Under the pieces are notes generated by a model that made no database searches, was not told the origin of the DNA, and saw only the letters and a program-made list of their open reading frames with translations. Positions 46,630-56,185 of a stretch of 64,000 bases of DNA are shown here, piece by piece (within the stretch, counting starts at the first letter, position 1; every line of letters begins with the position of its first letter). Source of the stretch: a virus (taxonomy: Duplodnaviria; Caudoviricetes); the IMG/VR virus record IMGVR_UViG_3300012662_000015, positions 15,987 through 79,986 of that record; one strand, written 5' to 3'. The position numbers and the translations under genes were made by a program.

Positions 46630-46943
46630 GTTTCTACATGCTCAAACATGAGCCTCCCTCCTTTCACCTTATCTCTCTTGTTATCAGCGAGAAACAGAAT
46701 GTGTGAGCGAGTTATGGCCTTTGTGGTCGTAACTCGCTAATTTTGTGCCCGTAACGTTACAATAGAGTTAGTTCAACAAAAGGTAAAACAAGAAAAGATT
46801 GTGTATCATGGATATGGCAGATACAAGAGGAGCATAAACATAACCACGGACGGTTTCGCAGAGCTAAAGTCGTTGCTCACGGAATGACTTGCGGTGGGAG
46901 GGTAAATCCTGTAACAGCAAACCATAAACAAGCATAATTAATT

Positions 46944-47375
46944 ATGAACGAGACGCTAAGAAAAGTAATGGCAAGTGACGACATCAACGCCATCAAGAAT
47001 GTTGTAGCCATCATGGCTGAGAGAGCAGATGTTGACATGGGCGGAAATCAACGCCTACTGATGATGAAGCAAGTCCAGTCGGAGGTTTCTGGAAGCCACT
47101 ATGATGGTTTTCTATCAGGGTTTCATCTTGCTCTTATCGGTTTCCAGCGCTCCAAAGACAAGGCGGAACGTTATTGGAAACTAAACAAGTCGCAGCAAAG
47201 AGTGACGCTGCATGACTGGCTTGTGCTTTGGGGTGAGATGGAAAGACGGCACGGAAAGAAAATCCGCAAGTGGTTCCCGCACATGACAAGCGATGACTTC
47301 AACGACAAGATATTTGACGAGTGCCAAGCGTTTCTCGGAAACGGAGGAGACGTGTTCCGTGACTTGAACCCATAA
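46944..47375 (+). CDS. hypothetical protein
   Basis: 143-aa ORF with AT-rich leader. Confidence 0.65.
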   Translation: MNETLRKVMASDDINAIKNVVAIMAERADVDMGGNQRLLMMKQVQSEVSGSHYDGFLSGFHLALIGFQRSKDKAERYWKLNKSQQRVTLHDWLVLWGEMERRHGKKIRKWFPHMTSDDFNDKIFDECQAFLGNGGDVFRDLNP

Positions 47376-47380
47376 ACGCA

Positions 47381-47420
47381 AAAAGGGGCGACCACCCATT
47401 GCCGAGTAGCCGCCCCTTCT
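47381..47420. terminator. bidirectional terminator between convergent arms
   Basis: AAGGGGCG/CGCCCCTT stem flanked by A and T runs. Confidence 0.65.
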
Positions 47421-47426
47421 TTAGCT

Positions 47427-48059
47427 TCAGCCGTCCACTTCCTCAAAGCGGATGCCATACTTCTCGATGAAGTATTTCTCATTCTTCGTCCTTGCTGTCA
47501 TTGAATCGAAGTAGACGGTAGTCTTGTCGTTCTCAAAGAAGTAGTTATACTTCTTCGAGAGGTACCACATGACACGGTATGTCTTGTTTGGTACGACCTT
47601 TATCTTGAACTTCGTCTTCTGCTTCATGCCTCCCAGGGCGCGCCATTCGTCCATGCGTCTTGTGTGCATCCATGATGCGGCCATCTTTGACCGATCCATC
47701 GTCAGCTTAGCAAGGCGGAACTTCTCGGCTCTCTGTTCTTTTATCCGGCTTTCCGTTTCAGACGAATGTTTCAAGCCGAGCCTACCCTTCCAACGTATCA
47801 CAACAGACCTACTGATGCCAGTAGCTTTAGATATTTCACTTGCGGTCATTGTCGGCCACAGTTCGCGTATCGTTTCCTCTATGTTCTCGTGCTTGGTTGA
47901 AAGATCATGCCTTAACTCGCCTCCGTGTTGCCGGATGATGCGATATAGCGTTGACATGCAAACGCCGCAGTCTTTAGCGACCTTCGCCCTTGGGCGGTCG
48001 TTGATATGCGCAACGACGTAGTCTTCGACTTCCTTCGGGGTCTTTTGAAATGCCGTCAT
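47427..48059 (-). CDS. putative DNA-binding protein with two HTH-like segments
   Basis: RAKVAKDCGVCMSTLYRI and TASEISKATGISRSVVIRW. Confidence 0.6.
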   Translation of the reverse strand: MTAFQKTPKEVEDYVVAHINDRPRAKVAKDCGVCMSTLYRIIRQHGGELRHDLSTKHENIEETIRELWPTMTASEISKATGISRSVVIRWKGRLGLKHSSETESRIKEQRAEKFRLAKLTMDRSKMAASWMHTRRMDEWRALGGMKQKTKFKIKVVPNKTYRVMWYLSKKYNYFFENDKTTVYFDSMTARTKNEKYFIEKYGIRFEEVDG

Positions 48060-48529
48060 CTTCTACCTGTTGAGCCATACGCTCCTGAGCCTCTGTCGGT
48101 CTTATGGAGCTCGTCTACTTCAATAAATTCGAGACGTTCGGCCACGTCTTTGTGAAGTTGGCAAATCTTGTCGCCAACCTTATAGCGTGGCATATTAGGC
48201 ATGACATGGTAGAACACCATAGAAATCTCGCCCGTGTAGCCTTTGTCTATCGTGCCGAGGCAGTTTGATAGAATCATTCCCGTCTCCCATATCGAAGAAC
48301 GCGGCCGACCAGTGAAGCATAGGGTAAGACAATGATTGATCCAGTAATCATCCGGGTCATTCTCTTCGTCGTCCGTGACCGCTTGCAAGGCGAAGCCAAG
48401 TCCGTACTTCCACACGTTAGGCGCGATCTCCTCTTCGCTGACCGCATAGCAGTCGTAGCAGTAGTCGTCATCGTGCGCCTTTGTCGGGATGACGGCGTTA
48501 GGGTGTAGTCTCTTAAATCTTACTTTCAT
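48056..48529 (-). CDS. dut: dUTPase (trimeric)
   Basis: Motifs GRPRSS, GTIDKGYTGEI, RGSGAYGSTG. Confidence 0.92.
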   Translation of the reverse strand: MKVRFKRLHPNAVIPTKAHDDDYCYDCYAVSEEEIAPNVWKYGLGFALQAVTDDEENDPDDYWINHCLTLCFTGRPRSSIWETGMILSNCLGTIDKGYTGEISMVFYHVMPNMPRYKVGDKICQLHKDVAERLEFIEVDELHKTDRGSGAYGSTGRR

Positions 48530-48549
48530 AATTGCATATAAATTTCATG

Positions 48550-48873
48550 TTATTTTATTTTTAGCACTCTCAGCACCTCGTTCAACGTGATGCTGATGAT
48601 AGATGTATCGGAGCCAGGCTTGCGAGCGTAGATGTTGACGCAAAAGAAGCCTGTTGACATTTGCAGTTGCACAGGCTTGCATCGCTTGTGCTTGACGCAT
48701 ATATCGTCAATGCTGGCCTTGACCGAGTTAAAGAACTCGCTTGCTTCGGCATGAAGGAGCGTGTACTCGTAGTCATTGATGAAGTCGGCAATCTCCTTCA
48801 TCATGGCGTTTTTCGTGTCACAAGAGATGTGGCCGATGTAGTAGGTGTTGCCTACTTTAGTGTTTTCTTCCAT
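48550..48873 (-). CDS. hypothetical protein
   Basis: 107-aa ORF in operon. Confidence 0.6.
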   Translation of the reverse strand: MEENTKVGNTYYIGHISCDTKNAMMKEIADFINDYEYTLLHAEASEFFNSVKASIDDICVKHKRCKPVQLQMSTGFFCVNIYARKPGSDTSIISITLNEVLRVLKIK

Positions 48874-48999
48874 ATTTTTCTGCTTTTCTTAGTGCGATAG
48901 CAATTCTTCCATCTTTGCCCCCCACGAAGGCAGCGGCGAGCCATTTTGGAGCAAGCCTATTGATAGGAGTAAGCGCAATCTTCTTAGCAAGTCTGATTT

Positions 49000-49182
49000 T
49001 CATATATCCACCTCCATTTCATCATCAAAGCAGTCGCACACAACATCTCTTCCGATTGTTTTTTCCATAAAATCACGCCGTTCCTCATGAGTAGGGAAGC
49101 AATACACTTTATCCAACGTGTAGACACCGAAGCTGCCTGGCGATTGTGTTGCCAGCATGTAAACTTTGATTTTCTTTTTCAT
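49000..49182 (-). CDS. hypothetical protein
   Basis: 60-aa ORF with ATGA overlap. Confidence 0.5.
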   Translation of the reverse strand: MKKKIKVYMLATQSPGSFGVYTLDKVYCFPTHEERRDFMEKTIGRDVVCDCFDDEMEVDI

Positions 49183-49682
49183 ACTAAATCCTCTTTGTTA
49201 TAGATTGACAAATCATGCCACAGCTCCAGCATGGAGTCTTGTACGTACTTGTTCTCTGGCATGGGGAGCTGCTTCTGTTTTAGCACCCACTCGCCAGGAA
49301 CAAAGTCGTCAAAGCATTGTAACTCCGTTTCACCATTAAAGTACAGTGGGCGCAGCTTGCCCATGAACGTGTAGCAGAGAGCATTGTACTTCTTTCCGTC
49401 ACCTCTCGGCTTGAAGCGCACATACGAGCGGTTTCCTCGGTGTAAGGCGGCAAGCACATGAAGGTAGTCTTCTGCGCCTACTCTATTGGCAAACCCTCCG
49501 AAGTAACAGTCCCAAAGGTTACGTCTAAAGATGAACCAGAAGAAGTCCATCTCATCCTCGCTCATCTGCGGAATGGACTTGAACACGATTTCTCGCCATA
49601 CGTGCTGGCGGAGGTGAGAACCGCGTGCGAAGCCTTCCACGGCTGCCACAAAATCGTGGCGATCAAGAGATAGCTTAATCAT
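49179..49682 (-). CDS. hypothetical protein
   Basis: 167-aa ORF with overlapping start/stop coupling. Confidence 0.7.
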   Translation of the reverse strand: MIKLSLDRHDFVAAVEGFARGSHLRQHVWREIVFKSIPQMSEDEMDFFWFIFRRNLWDCYFGGFANRVGAEDYLHVLAALHRGNRSYVRFKPRGDGKKYNALCYTFMGKLRPLYFNGETELQCFDDFVPGEWVLKQKQLPMPENKYVQDSMLELWHDLSIYNKEDLV

Positions 49683-50017
49683 TCGTCACCTCCTTCCTGC
49701 TTTGGAAGAATATCTGACAGATAAGCCCACTGATTGATTTTGCATCTGCTAATTGAATGCTCCCAAGGTTCTTCTCGCCAAGCCATTGAGACCTTGAATC
49801 CAAAATAAGCATAGCCGGCATCAAAACGAATGATAAGAACCTTACCCTTGTCTGGCTCTTCCTCGGCATTATGCCACAGGTCTTTCAAGAACTGCTCGAT
49901 TGCCCAGTGAGCACCTGCCTTGAAGCCACAAGCCAAATCATTCATTGCCTCGATGCCTAGAATTTTCTTGTCGGCAATAAAAGCTTTCTTTGCTTCTTCT
50001 ATCTTCTTTTCGTCCAT
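49679..50017 (-). CDS. hypothetical protein
   Basis: LWH..EEEP...WAYLSDILP pattern; likely start MDEKK. Confidence 0.65.
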   Translation of the reverse strand: MDEKKIEEAKKAFIADKKILGIEAMNDLACGFKAGAHWAIEQFLKDLWHNAEEEPDKGKVLIIRFDAGYAYFGFKVSMAWREEPWEHSISRCKINQWAYLSDILPKQEGGDE

Positions 50018-50019
50018 AA

Positions 50020-50787
50020 CTAACACTCCCAATTATCAGTTGTACCAACCAGTTTAGCAGTCTCCTCGTTATAAGGAAGGACTTCATAATACAATCCACC
50101 AACACATATAACGCAATCAGCATCGTCTGAATCCTTATCAAAGTGACTAAAGAAATCACATTGCCATTTATGGTCATAGTTATCACGTGCTACTACCTTG
50201 TCGAAAGGCTTGAAACGTGAATGCTTGGACAGTTCCTTAGTCTCGGCATTCCACACATATCCCGCTTTGTCCATCGCCCCATTGAACATCTTAATCTCGT
50301 CATCCGAAGCTGGGCGCACTACCATTTCCCTTTCCTCAAAGGCCATGGGAAGAAAGTCGCTCTGCCAGTCAGTCCTAAAAGTCTTGCCGTTCACGTTCAG
50401 CGCGGCATACGCATCGATACGGATAGACGCATAAGACTCCCGATAGAGGATGACATACGTCAGCTTTTCGCCATACGAATAGTAGAAATCAATGGAGACG
50501 TACTCGCCGCTACGGAAATAAAAGGCGTTCCAGCTGCGGCAGATATGAGATGGGAACAACATGCACTCGCCTTTCATCTTTACCTCGCACTCGCCAAGAT
50601 AGGCCGTGCCGTCGGCATTGAACAGAAAAGTAGGCTTTGGGGTTCTCACTTCAGGAGGGTTGCAAGCTATCCGGTCAAACTTGTCTATTTCCAATAGCTC
50701 CACATATCCGCAGACGGGCGAATACAGCCGTGTGCCTTTCGGCACGTAGCGGAGAATATCCGCAATGTTAATTCTTTTTCCTTCCAT
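50020..50787 (-). CDS. hypothetical protein
   Basis: 255-aa ORF; LYSP and FKPFDKVVARD motifs. Confidence 0.75.
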   Translation of the reverse strand: MEGKRINIADILRYVPKGTRLYSPVCGYVELLEIDKFDRIACNPPEVRTPKPTFLFNADGTAYLGECEVKMKGECMLFPSHICRSWNAFYFRSGEYVSIDFYYSYGEKLTYVILYRESYASIRIDAYAALNVNGKTFRTDWQSDFLPMAFEEREMVVRPASDDEIKMFNGAMDKAGYVWNAETKELSKHSRFKPFDKVVARDNYDHKWQCDFFSHFDKDSDDADCVICVGGLYYEVLPYNEETAKLVGTTDNWEC

Positions 50788-50789
50788 AG

Positions 50790-51005
50790 CTATTTGTTAA
50801 GATACTCTTTGTACACTTGCTTACAGAAGTCCTTGCTCGCATAAGGGTTGTTCTTGACGACCCAAATACGGCCTTTCCACTTGTGGAGTGGCGAGCCGAA
50901 AACCCAGTTAAATCTATCTATGTTAAGGCTCAATTTGTCTCCGCTGGTGTAGAGCTTCTTCTTCAACCACTTGCGCAGCATCTTCTTGATGATGTTCTCT
51001 ATCAT
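50790..51005 (-). CDS. hypothetical protein
   Basis: 71-aa ORF, coupled. Confidence 0.55.
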   Translation of the reverse strand: MIENIIKKMLRKWLKKKLYTSGDKLSLNIDRFNWVFGSPLHKWKGRIWVVKNNPYASKDFCKQVYKEYLNK

Positions 51006-51238
51006 AGTGCTTCAATCTGCTTTTTGATTGCGTTGATTTCTTCCTCTACGTCCTTTTGCACCATCACCGTGTAGCGGTCGAGCAAGTTCTGCATGTAGGT
51101 CCTCTTGCTCATCTTGAACAATGCGCCCGTCGGAAGACGCAGTTCGAGCGATGCGGTGGTCAACGCTGATTGTAGCGTTTCCAGCTCGCTGAGCTTGTCG
51201 TTCAGCTCAATAACTTTGTTGGATGTTCCTTCGTCCAT
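51002..51238 (-). CDS. hypothetical coiled-coil protein
   Basis: 78-aa ORF, coupled. Confidence 0.55.
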   Translation of the reverse strand: MDEGTSNKVIELNDKLSELETLQSALTTASLELRLPTGALFKMSKRTYMQNLLDRYTVMVQKDVEEEINAIKKQIEAL

Positions 51239-51241
51239 TTT

Positions 51242-51430
51242 TTATTCTACTTGTTTATAAATTACATTTTTGTGGTCTTTGCGACTTCGTGCAGCGCATG
51301 GATAATTGCTATATGCAATGCAAGCTCCTGTACTTGTTGCAAAGAAGCACTCTTCACACTTATTGCCCTCTACAACTTCAATCACGATACGCTCGCCAAC
51401 CTTATACTCCCTCATCGCTGTCTTCCTCAT
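51242..51430 (-). CDS. small Cys-rich protein
   Basis: CEECFF...C...C...RKDHKNVIYK. Confidence 0.6.
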   Translation of the reverse strand: MRKTAMREYKVGERIVIEVVEGNKCEECFFATSTGACIAYSNYPCAARSRKDHKNVIYKQVE

Positions 51431-51785
51431 TCTTATATATTAAGTCGTCTAAGTAAAACCAAAAGGCGACTTTGTTAATACTAACATAGGCTTTCCATGT
51501 CTCCGCATTAATATTTGCCACCATTGCAAGGCTTGCTTCTCCTTTTTCGTTTGTCTCGCAGATTACATGCCCTTCGAGCTTAACGTCCGGCTGTTCGCCT
51601 GCTGTGTGCCAAAGGGATTTGAGAAACATCTCTTGTCCAAGGTAAATCCCTTGTTCAAGCGAATTGCGCAGCGTCTGTACAAGCGATGCAATCTGCTCGT
51701 TTGGAGTATCAACGGCTACTAAGCCGAGATTGTAATCGTCTGCATATTTGCCGACAACAGATGCGATTTTTCCTTTGTCAATCAT
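51402..51785 (-). CDS. hypothetical protein
   Basis: 127-aa ORF in operon. Confidence 0.6.
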   Translation of the reverse strand: MIDKGKIASVVGKYADDYNLGLVAVDTPNEQIASLVQTLRNSLEQGIYLGQEMFLKSLWHTAGEQPDVKLEGHVICETNEKGEASLAMVANINAETWKAYVSINKVAFWFYLDDLIYKNEEDSDEGV

Positions 51786-52386
51786 GGCTTACGTGTTTTA
51801 GATTGTAAATGTAAATGTCGTGCTTGACCTCGAATATCTTTCCTTCGGCCAGTCCGCAAGGTTTCAGCTCTGGGCAGAAGCCGCGATACGTGCAGTTAGG
51901 CACGCAAGCACGCACAAGAAGTGGTTCGGTCTTCATCAGTTCTCTCATGGCCTCGCGCCACCAAAGATGTGTCTCACTCTCGGCCTTGTTACACAAGCGC
52001 ACACGGGAGATATTGATTATCTCCTGGGCGTTAACCAGTAGGCGCATGTTAACCCTGTCCGTCTTCTTCTGCTCCTCTCGCGGTTTCATGTTGCCGTCGA
52101 TGTCGGGCCGCGACGTGCTTACGAAAGGTTGTGCGTGAACGTGTCGGCAGAGGTGAACACTCACGTAATAAGGAATGTCGTAGAAATCAATCGTGAACAT
52201 CAACGCCCGAAGTGGCGAGTGCTCGGCACGAATGATCTTCAACTTAAACTCATCGCTCGGTTCCTTGTCAAGCGGGGCCTTACGTTGGGTGAAGCGAGCG
52301 GCATTCAACACCTCTTGCCATGCGGTGATGCGCCTGACCTCAACTCTTCTCTCCTGTTTGTTGTCTTTGTTCTCCATGTTAATCAA
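51778..52386 (-). CDS. thyX: ThyX-like FAD-dependent thymidylate synthase family protein
   Basis: EHSPL, VSVHLCRHV...STSRPD (variant of RHR-x7-S), R.RLC...ET, VPNC.YRGFCPE. Confidence 0.7.
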   Translation of the reverse strand: MINMENKDNKQERRVEVRRITAWQEVLNAARFTQRKAPLDKEPSDEFKLKIIRAEHSPLRALMFTIDFYDIPYYVSVHLCRHVHAQPFVSTSRPDIDGNMKPREEQKKTDRVNMRLLVNAQEIINISRVRLCNKAESETHLWWREAMRELMKTEPLLVRACVPNCTYRGFCPELKPCGLAEGKIFEVKHDIYIYNLKHVSHD

Positions 52387-52672
52387 TCGTTATTTCTTGG
52401 TTCTTTAGCTCTTCAAGCTCTTGTTCTGTTCCGCAGTAGGATACATAACAATTTCCTAAAAGCTTCCATATTGCGATGAATGGAATATTCTTTGAAAGTA
52501 TTTGCCCTGCCGATGTTAATCTTGCGTCCTCCTCTTCTGTAGCAGGGAAACTCTTGTCTACGCGACGGCCGTTGATAATAGCGGAAAGATCGTCAGCGTT
52601 ATCTGCCACCCACTTGTAATCTCCTCTGAGCACCGCCCATGCAGTGCGCAGGCGTTTGAAAAAGTCCTTCAT
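52379..52672 (-). CDS. hypothetical protein
   Basis: 97-aa ORF, coupled. Confidence 0.55.
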   Translation of the reverse strand: MKDFFKRLRTAWAVLRGDYKWVADNADDLSAIINGRRVDKSFPATEEEDARLTSAGQILSKNIPFIAIWKLLGNCYVSYCGTEQELEELKNQEITID

Positions 52673-52730
52673 GATATTTGATGTTTATCCAATATAATCT
52701 CTTAGTATCTCGCTCGTAGTTTGCGTGCGC

Positions 52731-53537
52731 TTATTCGCTTGCAAGCCCGAGAGCCTTGTTGATTTTTTCCACTCGTTCTCGGACGTGCCTTTCGCGAAAC
52801 TCGCTGTCAAAAGTCATGTCGCACTCCATGATGAGACGTGATATTTCGGGACGGTTGTCTTCGCTATCCATGACACGCTCGCGGAAGTCGGCCACGCCAT
52901 GGTTGAAGAAGATTTCAAAATAGTGGTCACCCACATGTGGGTAATGGTAGATGCGCCCGTCGTCTTCCCACGTGAAGCGGTGCTCGCGTAGTTCCTTGCG
53001 GTAGTCGGTGACATCCTTGTCGGTAGCGAGGCGGAAGCGCTGAATTAGGAGTTCACTGTCCCGGCCATCTCTTTTCATCGGGTAACCCGTTGTGTGTCGT
53101 GAGAATTGCGAGCCGTGCATATCGTCATGTTGAGAATACATGGCCAAGCCTTCAAGACGCATATTCTCCTTCGGCATGATGCCATGCCAGAAGAAAATGG
53201 TACGCCCCTTTGTTCCGTCTGTTGTTCGCACAACGAGGTCACCTTTCTTGAACCACGGGCCGAGGTATATGAATAGCTTGCTGTCTTGATCCTTGTCTTC
53301 GGTGCAGCCAGTCTTTTGATTGGCGTAGTATCCGCCTATGTGGTCCCGGCCACAATACTTATAGAAGTATTCGACAAACACCTGGTCTTTGTTCTTGCCA
53401 CAATCGAAAGCCTTGACTTCACATAGGCGACCATTGCCGCAAACAACACGGAAAGGAGTTCCTTTCTTCTTGTAGGCTTCATAACGGTTCTTCGAGAACC
53501 GCTCGATGCGTATGACATCATCGTTGATGGATTTCAT
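52731..53537 (-). CDS. hypothetical protein
   Basis: 268-aa ORF. Confidence 0.7.
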   Translation of the reverse strand: MKSINDDVIRIERFSKNRYEAYKKKGTPFRVVCGNGRLCEVKAFDCGKNKDQVFVEYFYKYCGRDHIGGYYANQKTGCTEDKDQDSKLFIYLGPWFKKGDLVVRTTDGTKGRTIFFWHGIMPKENMRLEGLAMYSQHDDMHGSQFSRHTTGYPMKRDGRDSELLIQRFRLATDKDVTDYRKELREHRFTWEDDGRIYHYPHVGDHYFEIFFNHGVADFRERVMDSEDNRPEISRLIMECDMTFDSEFRERHVRERVEKINKALGLASE

Positions 53538-53568
53538 TTGTTTTGATGGTTTTATTCGTGATATTTGG

Positions 53569-53799
53569 TTAGATTAATCTTGCTGTTGGGTCGCACATAT
53601 CGTCAAGAGTGCGTACCTTGCGCCATTTCTTCGGTTTGTTCTTCCGGCTATAAACTCCATGTGTTGACATGAAGCAGCCGCAAGCAGGCGTGAACGGTGA
53701 TATTTGACCGCCGTAGTTTGGAGATGCTTGCTCCTTGCAACCGCACTTGATTTGGTCGTAGAGCAGGCATTGCTCGCATTTTGGTGCAGTGTGGCTCAT
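53569..53799 (-). CDS. small Cys-rich protein
   Basis: CEQC...C...C pattern. Confidence 0.55.
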   Translation of the reverse strand: MSHTAPKCEQCLLYDQIKCGCKEQASPNYGGQISPFTPACGCFMSTHGVYSRKNKPKKWRKVRTLDDMCDPTARLI

Positions 53800-53802
53800 G
53801 GT

Positions 53803-54186
53803 TTATTCCTCCTCTTCTTTGATGCCGAAGGGCGTACCGTCTGCGAATTTGCAATATCTCATGGCTTCCTTGAAACTCGTTACGGAGTCTGCTTTATCAA
53901 TTTGGAAGATACCGTCAACCAGCCGCACTATTAATCTGTACTGGCCTTGCACTTTCATCCACCCAAACGGCTGATGCTTCTGCATTTCCTTCCAGCACTC
54001 CTCTGCGTTGGCAAAGGGTCTGTAGGTTGGCTCTGGCTTGACGCGAAATTCCATACCTTCATTTAACTCCAGATTTTCTATGCTCATCCAAGGTGATTTA
54101 AGACCTTTATAAATACCTTCAATCTGCCTACCTTCCGCAAACGCTTGCAAGATTGGCAATAACTTAGCTGCTTCCTCACGTGTCAT
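53803..54186 (-). CDS. hypothetical protein
   Basis: LQAFAEG...YRPFANAEECWKEMQKHQPFGW...FADGTPFG. Confidence 0.75.
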   Translation of the reverse strand: MTREEAAKLLPILQAFAEGRQIEGIYKGLKSPWMSIENLELNEGMEFRVKPEPTYRPFANAEECWKEMQKHQPFGWMKVQGQYRLIVRLVDGIFQIDKADSVTSFKEAMRYCKFADGTPFGIKEEEE

Positions 54187-54409
54187 ATTTTTATCTTTTA
54201 ATTAATAATAACCATTTCTTTGCCATCAATATTTGCATATTGCAAACGATTGATGTCTTTTATCCAAGATTGACTGTCTTGTCTGACGACTATTGTGTTA
54301 CCGCCATGCTTTGCTATCATAGCGGAAATTTCTTTCCGTAACTCTATTAAATTCATCTTTCTTCAATCTTTTAACCCTCTCCCTGCTGTCACCAAGGAGA
54401 GGTGGTTAG

Positions 54410-55039
54410 TTAATCTGTCACTCCGTATGCTTTAGGAAGCTTCTTGATAATATCACTGCCATAGGCATTCTTCGTTAACTCTACAAATTCTCTGACTGAT
54501 GTCTTATCATCAAGAGACAAACCCTTGCTACTAACAAAGGATTCTCTGCCCATACGGCAACTACCAGTGAGGACGTGGTGGTAAGCAAACAGGTCTCTGT
54601 TGTCATACTTGGTATCGTATGAAGGGAACTTCTTCGTGAAAGCTTCAATGCGTTCTTCTTCTGTGCTATCATCATACAACTTTTCTTGCAAAGATGTAAA
54701 AGCATCTCTCAGGGTATTGCCATGAGCAAATGTGTTGTTCTCTTTAACAATGAAGCAAGGGGCGAGCTTAGTATTCTTCTCAATGATAAATCCTTGTGCA
54801 ACATTACCACGAATAGATGTAATTATCGTATTAGTATCATCTATATTATAGACAGTACTACCATTGATTTCTTTTACTCCTTTGCCATTGCCATAGCCAT
54901 CGCCATTGCCATAGCCATCGCCATCGCCATAGCCATCGCCATAGCCATAGCCATCGCCATCGCCATTGCCATAGCCATCGCCATTGCCAATATCTAAAGC
55001 GAGAAATGCTCTGATTTTCTCATCTGTTAATACTTCCAT
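54410..55039 (-). CDS. protein with Gly-(Asp/Asn/Tyr) dipeptide repeat
   Basis: GNGDGYG... tract at the N-terminus; C-terminal HHVLTGSCRMGR. Confidence 0.8.
   Translation of the reverse strand: MEVLTDEKIRAFLALDIGNGDGYGNGDGDGYGYGDGYGDGDGYGNGDGYGNGKGVKEINGSTVYNIDDTNTIITSIRGNVAQGFIIEKNTKLAPCFIVKENNTFAHGNTLRDAFTSLQEKLYDDSTEEERIEAFTKKFPSYDTKYDNRDLFAYHHVLTGSCRMGRESFVSSKGLSLDDKTSVREFVELTKNAYGSDIIKKLPKAYGVTD
54884..54991. repeat. tandem hexamer (GCCATN) x17
   Basis: Units GCCATT/GCCATA/GCCATC read directly. Confidence 0.95.
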
Positions 55040-55317
55040 TCTTTCTGTCCTTCCAAGTTAGTAATTGCCTTGTCCGTGCAAGGGATAATCTGACAGCAAC
55101 GATTTAGCACCATTGACCCAACTACGGGGCTAACCTTGCCATCACGGATGCCACCATTAGCAATCTGAGAAAGACAAGAAGCGCCTTCCCATTGCCAGAT
55201 GTTACGTACTTTCTCCACTCGTACAGTCTCACCTTCAACATTAGTTACTGTACCGAAATAAACACCAGCATCATAGCTTCTCACGATGCACTTCTTACCT
55301 AAAATGTCTTTATACAT
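55027..55317 (-). CDS. hypothetical protein (Sm-like small beta protein)
   Basis: CIVRSYDAGVYFG...RNIWQWEGASCLSQIA; neighbour of the GDG-repeat gene. Confidence 0.7.
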   Translation of the reverse strand: MYKDILGKKCIVRSYDAGVYFGTVTNVEGETVRVEKVRNIWQWEGASCLSQIANGGIRDGKVSPVVGSMVLNRCCQIIPCTDKAITNLEGQKEWKY

Positions 55318-55366
55318 AATTCTATTATTTAGTTAATTTATCACTACTATTTAAGCCCGAAGGCTG

Positions 55367-55744
55367 CTAAACAATCATATTGCTATCTAAGCCAAGAATA
55401 AAGAGAAGTTGCTGGAGTTGATGAACAAAAGAGATAACCGATATAAATTCATCACCAATCTCTACAGCCCAACCTCCGCCATTATCCTTATAAAGGAAGA
55501 TGGGGTCTTGGTTTTTAGGCGAATATCCTACATTTTCTTTCTTCCATCCATTCTTTTCAAGAATCTCTGGTGTAATAGGTATTGAAGTAATATCTTTTTC
55601 TTCAACACTATATGAATTACTATTAGGGAATTGCAAAGTATAGTTCTTCGTCTTAAATAGATAATTATTCTTTATCTCTTCAACTTTGCAGATTTTACCA
55701 TCATACATCACCAAATCCCCAGGGATATATTTCGGATTACTCAT
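55367..55744 (-). CDS. YopX-like hypothetical protein
   Basis: PGDLV...IPITPEILEKNGW...VHQLQQLL. Confidence 0.55.
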   Translation of the reverse strand: MSNPKYIPGDLVMYDGKICKVEEIKNNYLFKTKNYTLQFPNSNSYSVEEKDITSIPITPEILEKNGWKKENVGYSPKNQDPIFLYKDNGGGWAVEIGDEFISVISFVHQLQQLLFILGLDSNMIV

Positions 55745-56046
55745 TTCTCACCCCCTTCCTCGCCAAATGCGGCCTTGTAGCTGTCCACCTGTTGTTGGAG
55801 GTGAGCGTTGAGCTGATTGTAGTGGTCACGCTCGGCACGCGCCTGGGCCACGAGGACAAAGCATGTGACGACAGAAGCGATGATGATGGGCATGATGAAC
55901 GCCCACGGCCAACGATGAGCGGCCTTATCTATGCCGTTGAACATGTTCTTGAAGATGACGGCTGCGAACCGTCCGATGTACACAAACGCCTCGCTTGTCG
56001 TGACGTTCGTTGTGAAGTCGATTGTTGATGTCTGTTTCATAGTCAA
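55741..56046 (-). CDS. membrane-anchored coiled-coil protein
   Basis: One TM segment followed by a coiled coil. Confidence 0.55.
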   Translation of the reverse strand: MTMKQTSTIDFTTNVTTSEAFVYIGRFAAVIFKNMFNGIDKAAHRWPWAFIMPIIIASVVTCFVLVAQARAERDHYNQLNAHLQQQVDSYKAAFGEEGGEK

Positions 56047-56185
56047 TGTGTTTGTTGTTATCTTTTTCTATTGCACCAGTTTTCGGTAGATTGCCAATAG
56101 CCGGCGAGATATGCTTCTTTCGTAGTGGCTTCGGGGTGGCTGCTCGCCCACTTCTCGGCCTGTTCGTTAACGTTTGCCATAAGCG

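Noticed and set aside
54686-54997. Plus-strand ORF encoding poly(Ala-Ile)
   Set aside because: It is the antisense reading of the GCCATN repeat of the real minus-strand gene 54410-55039.
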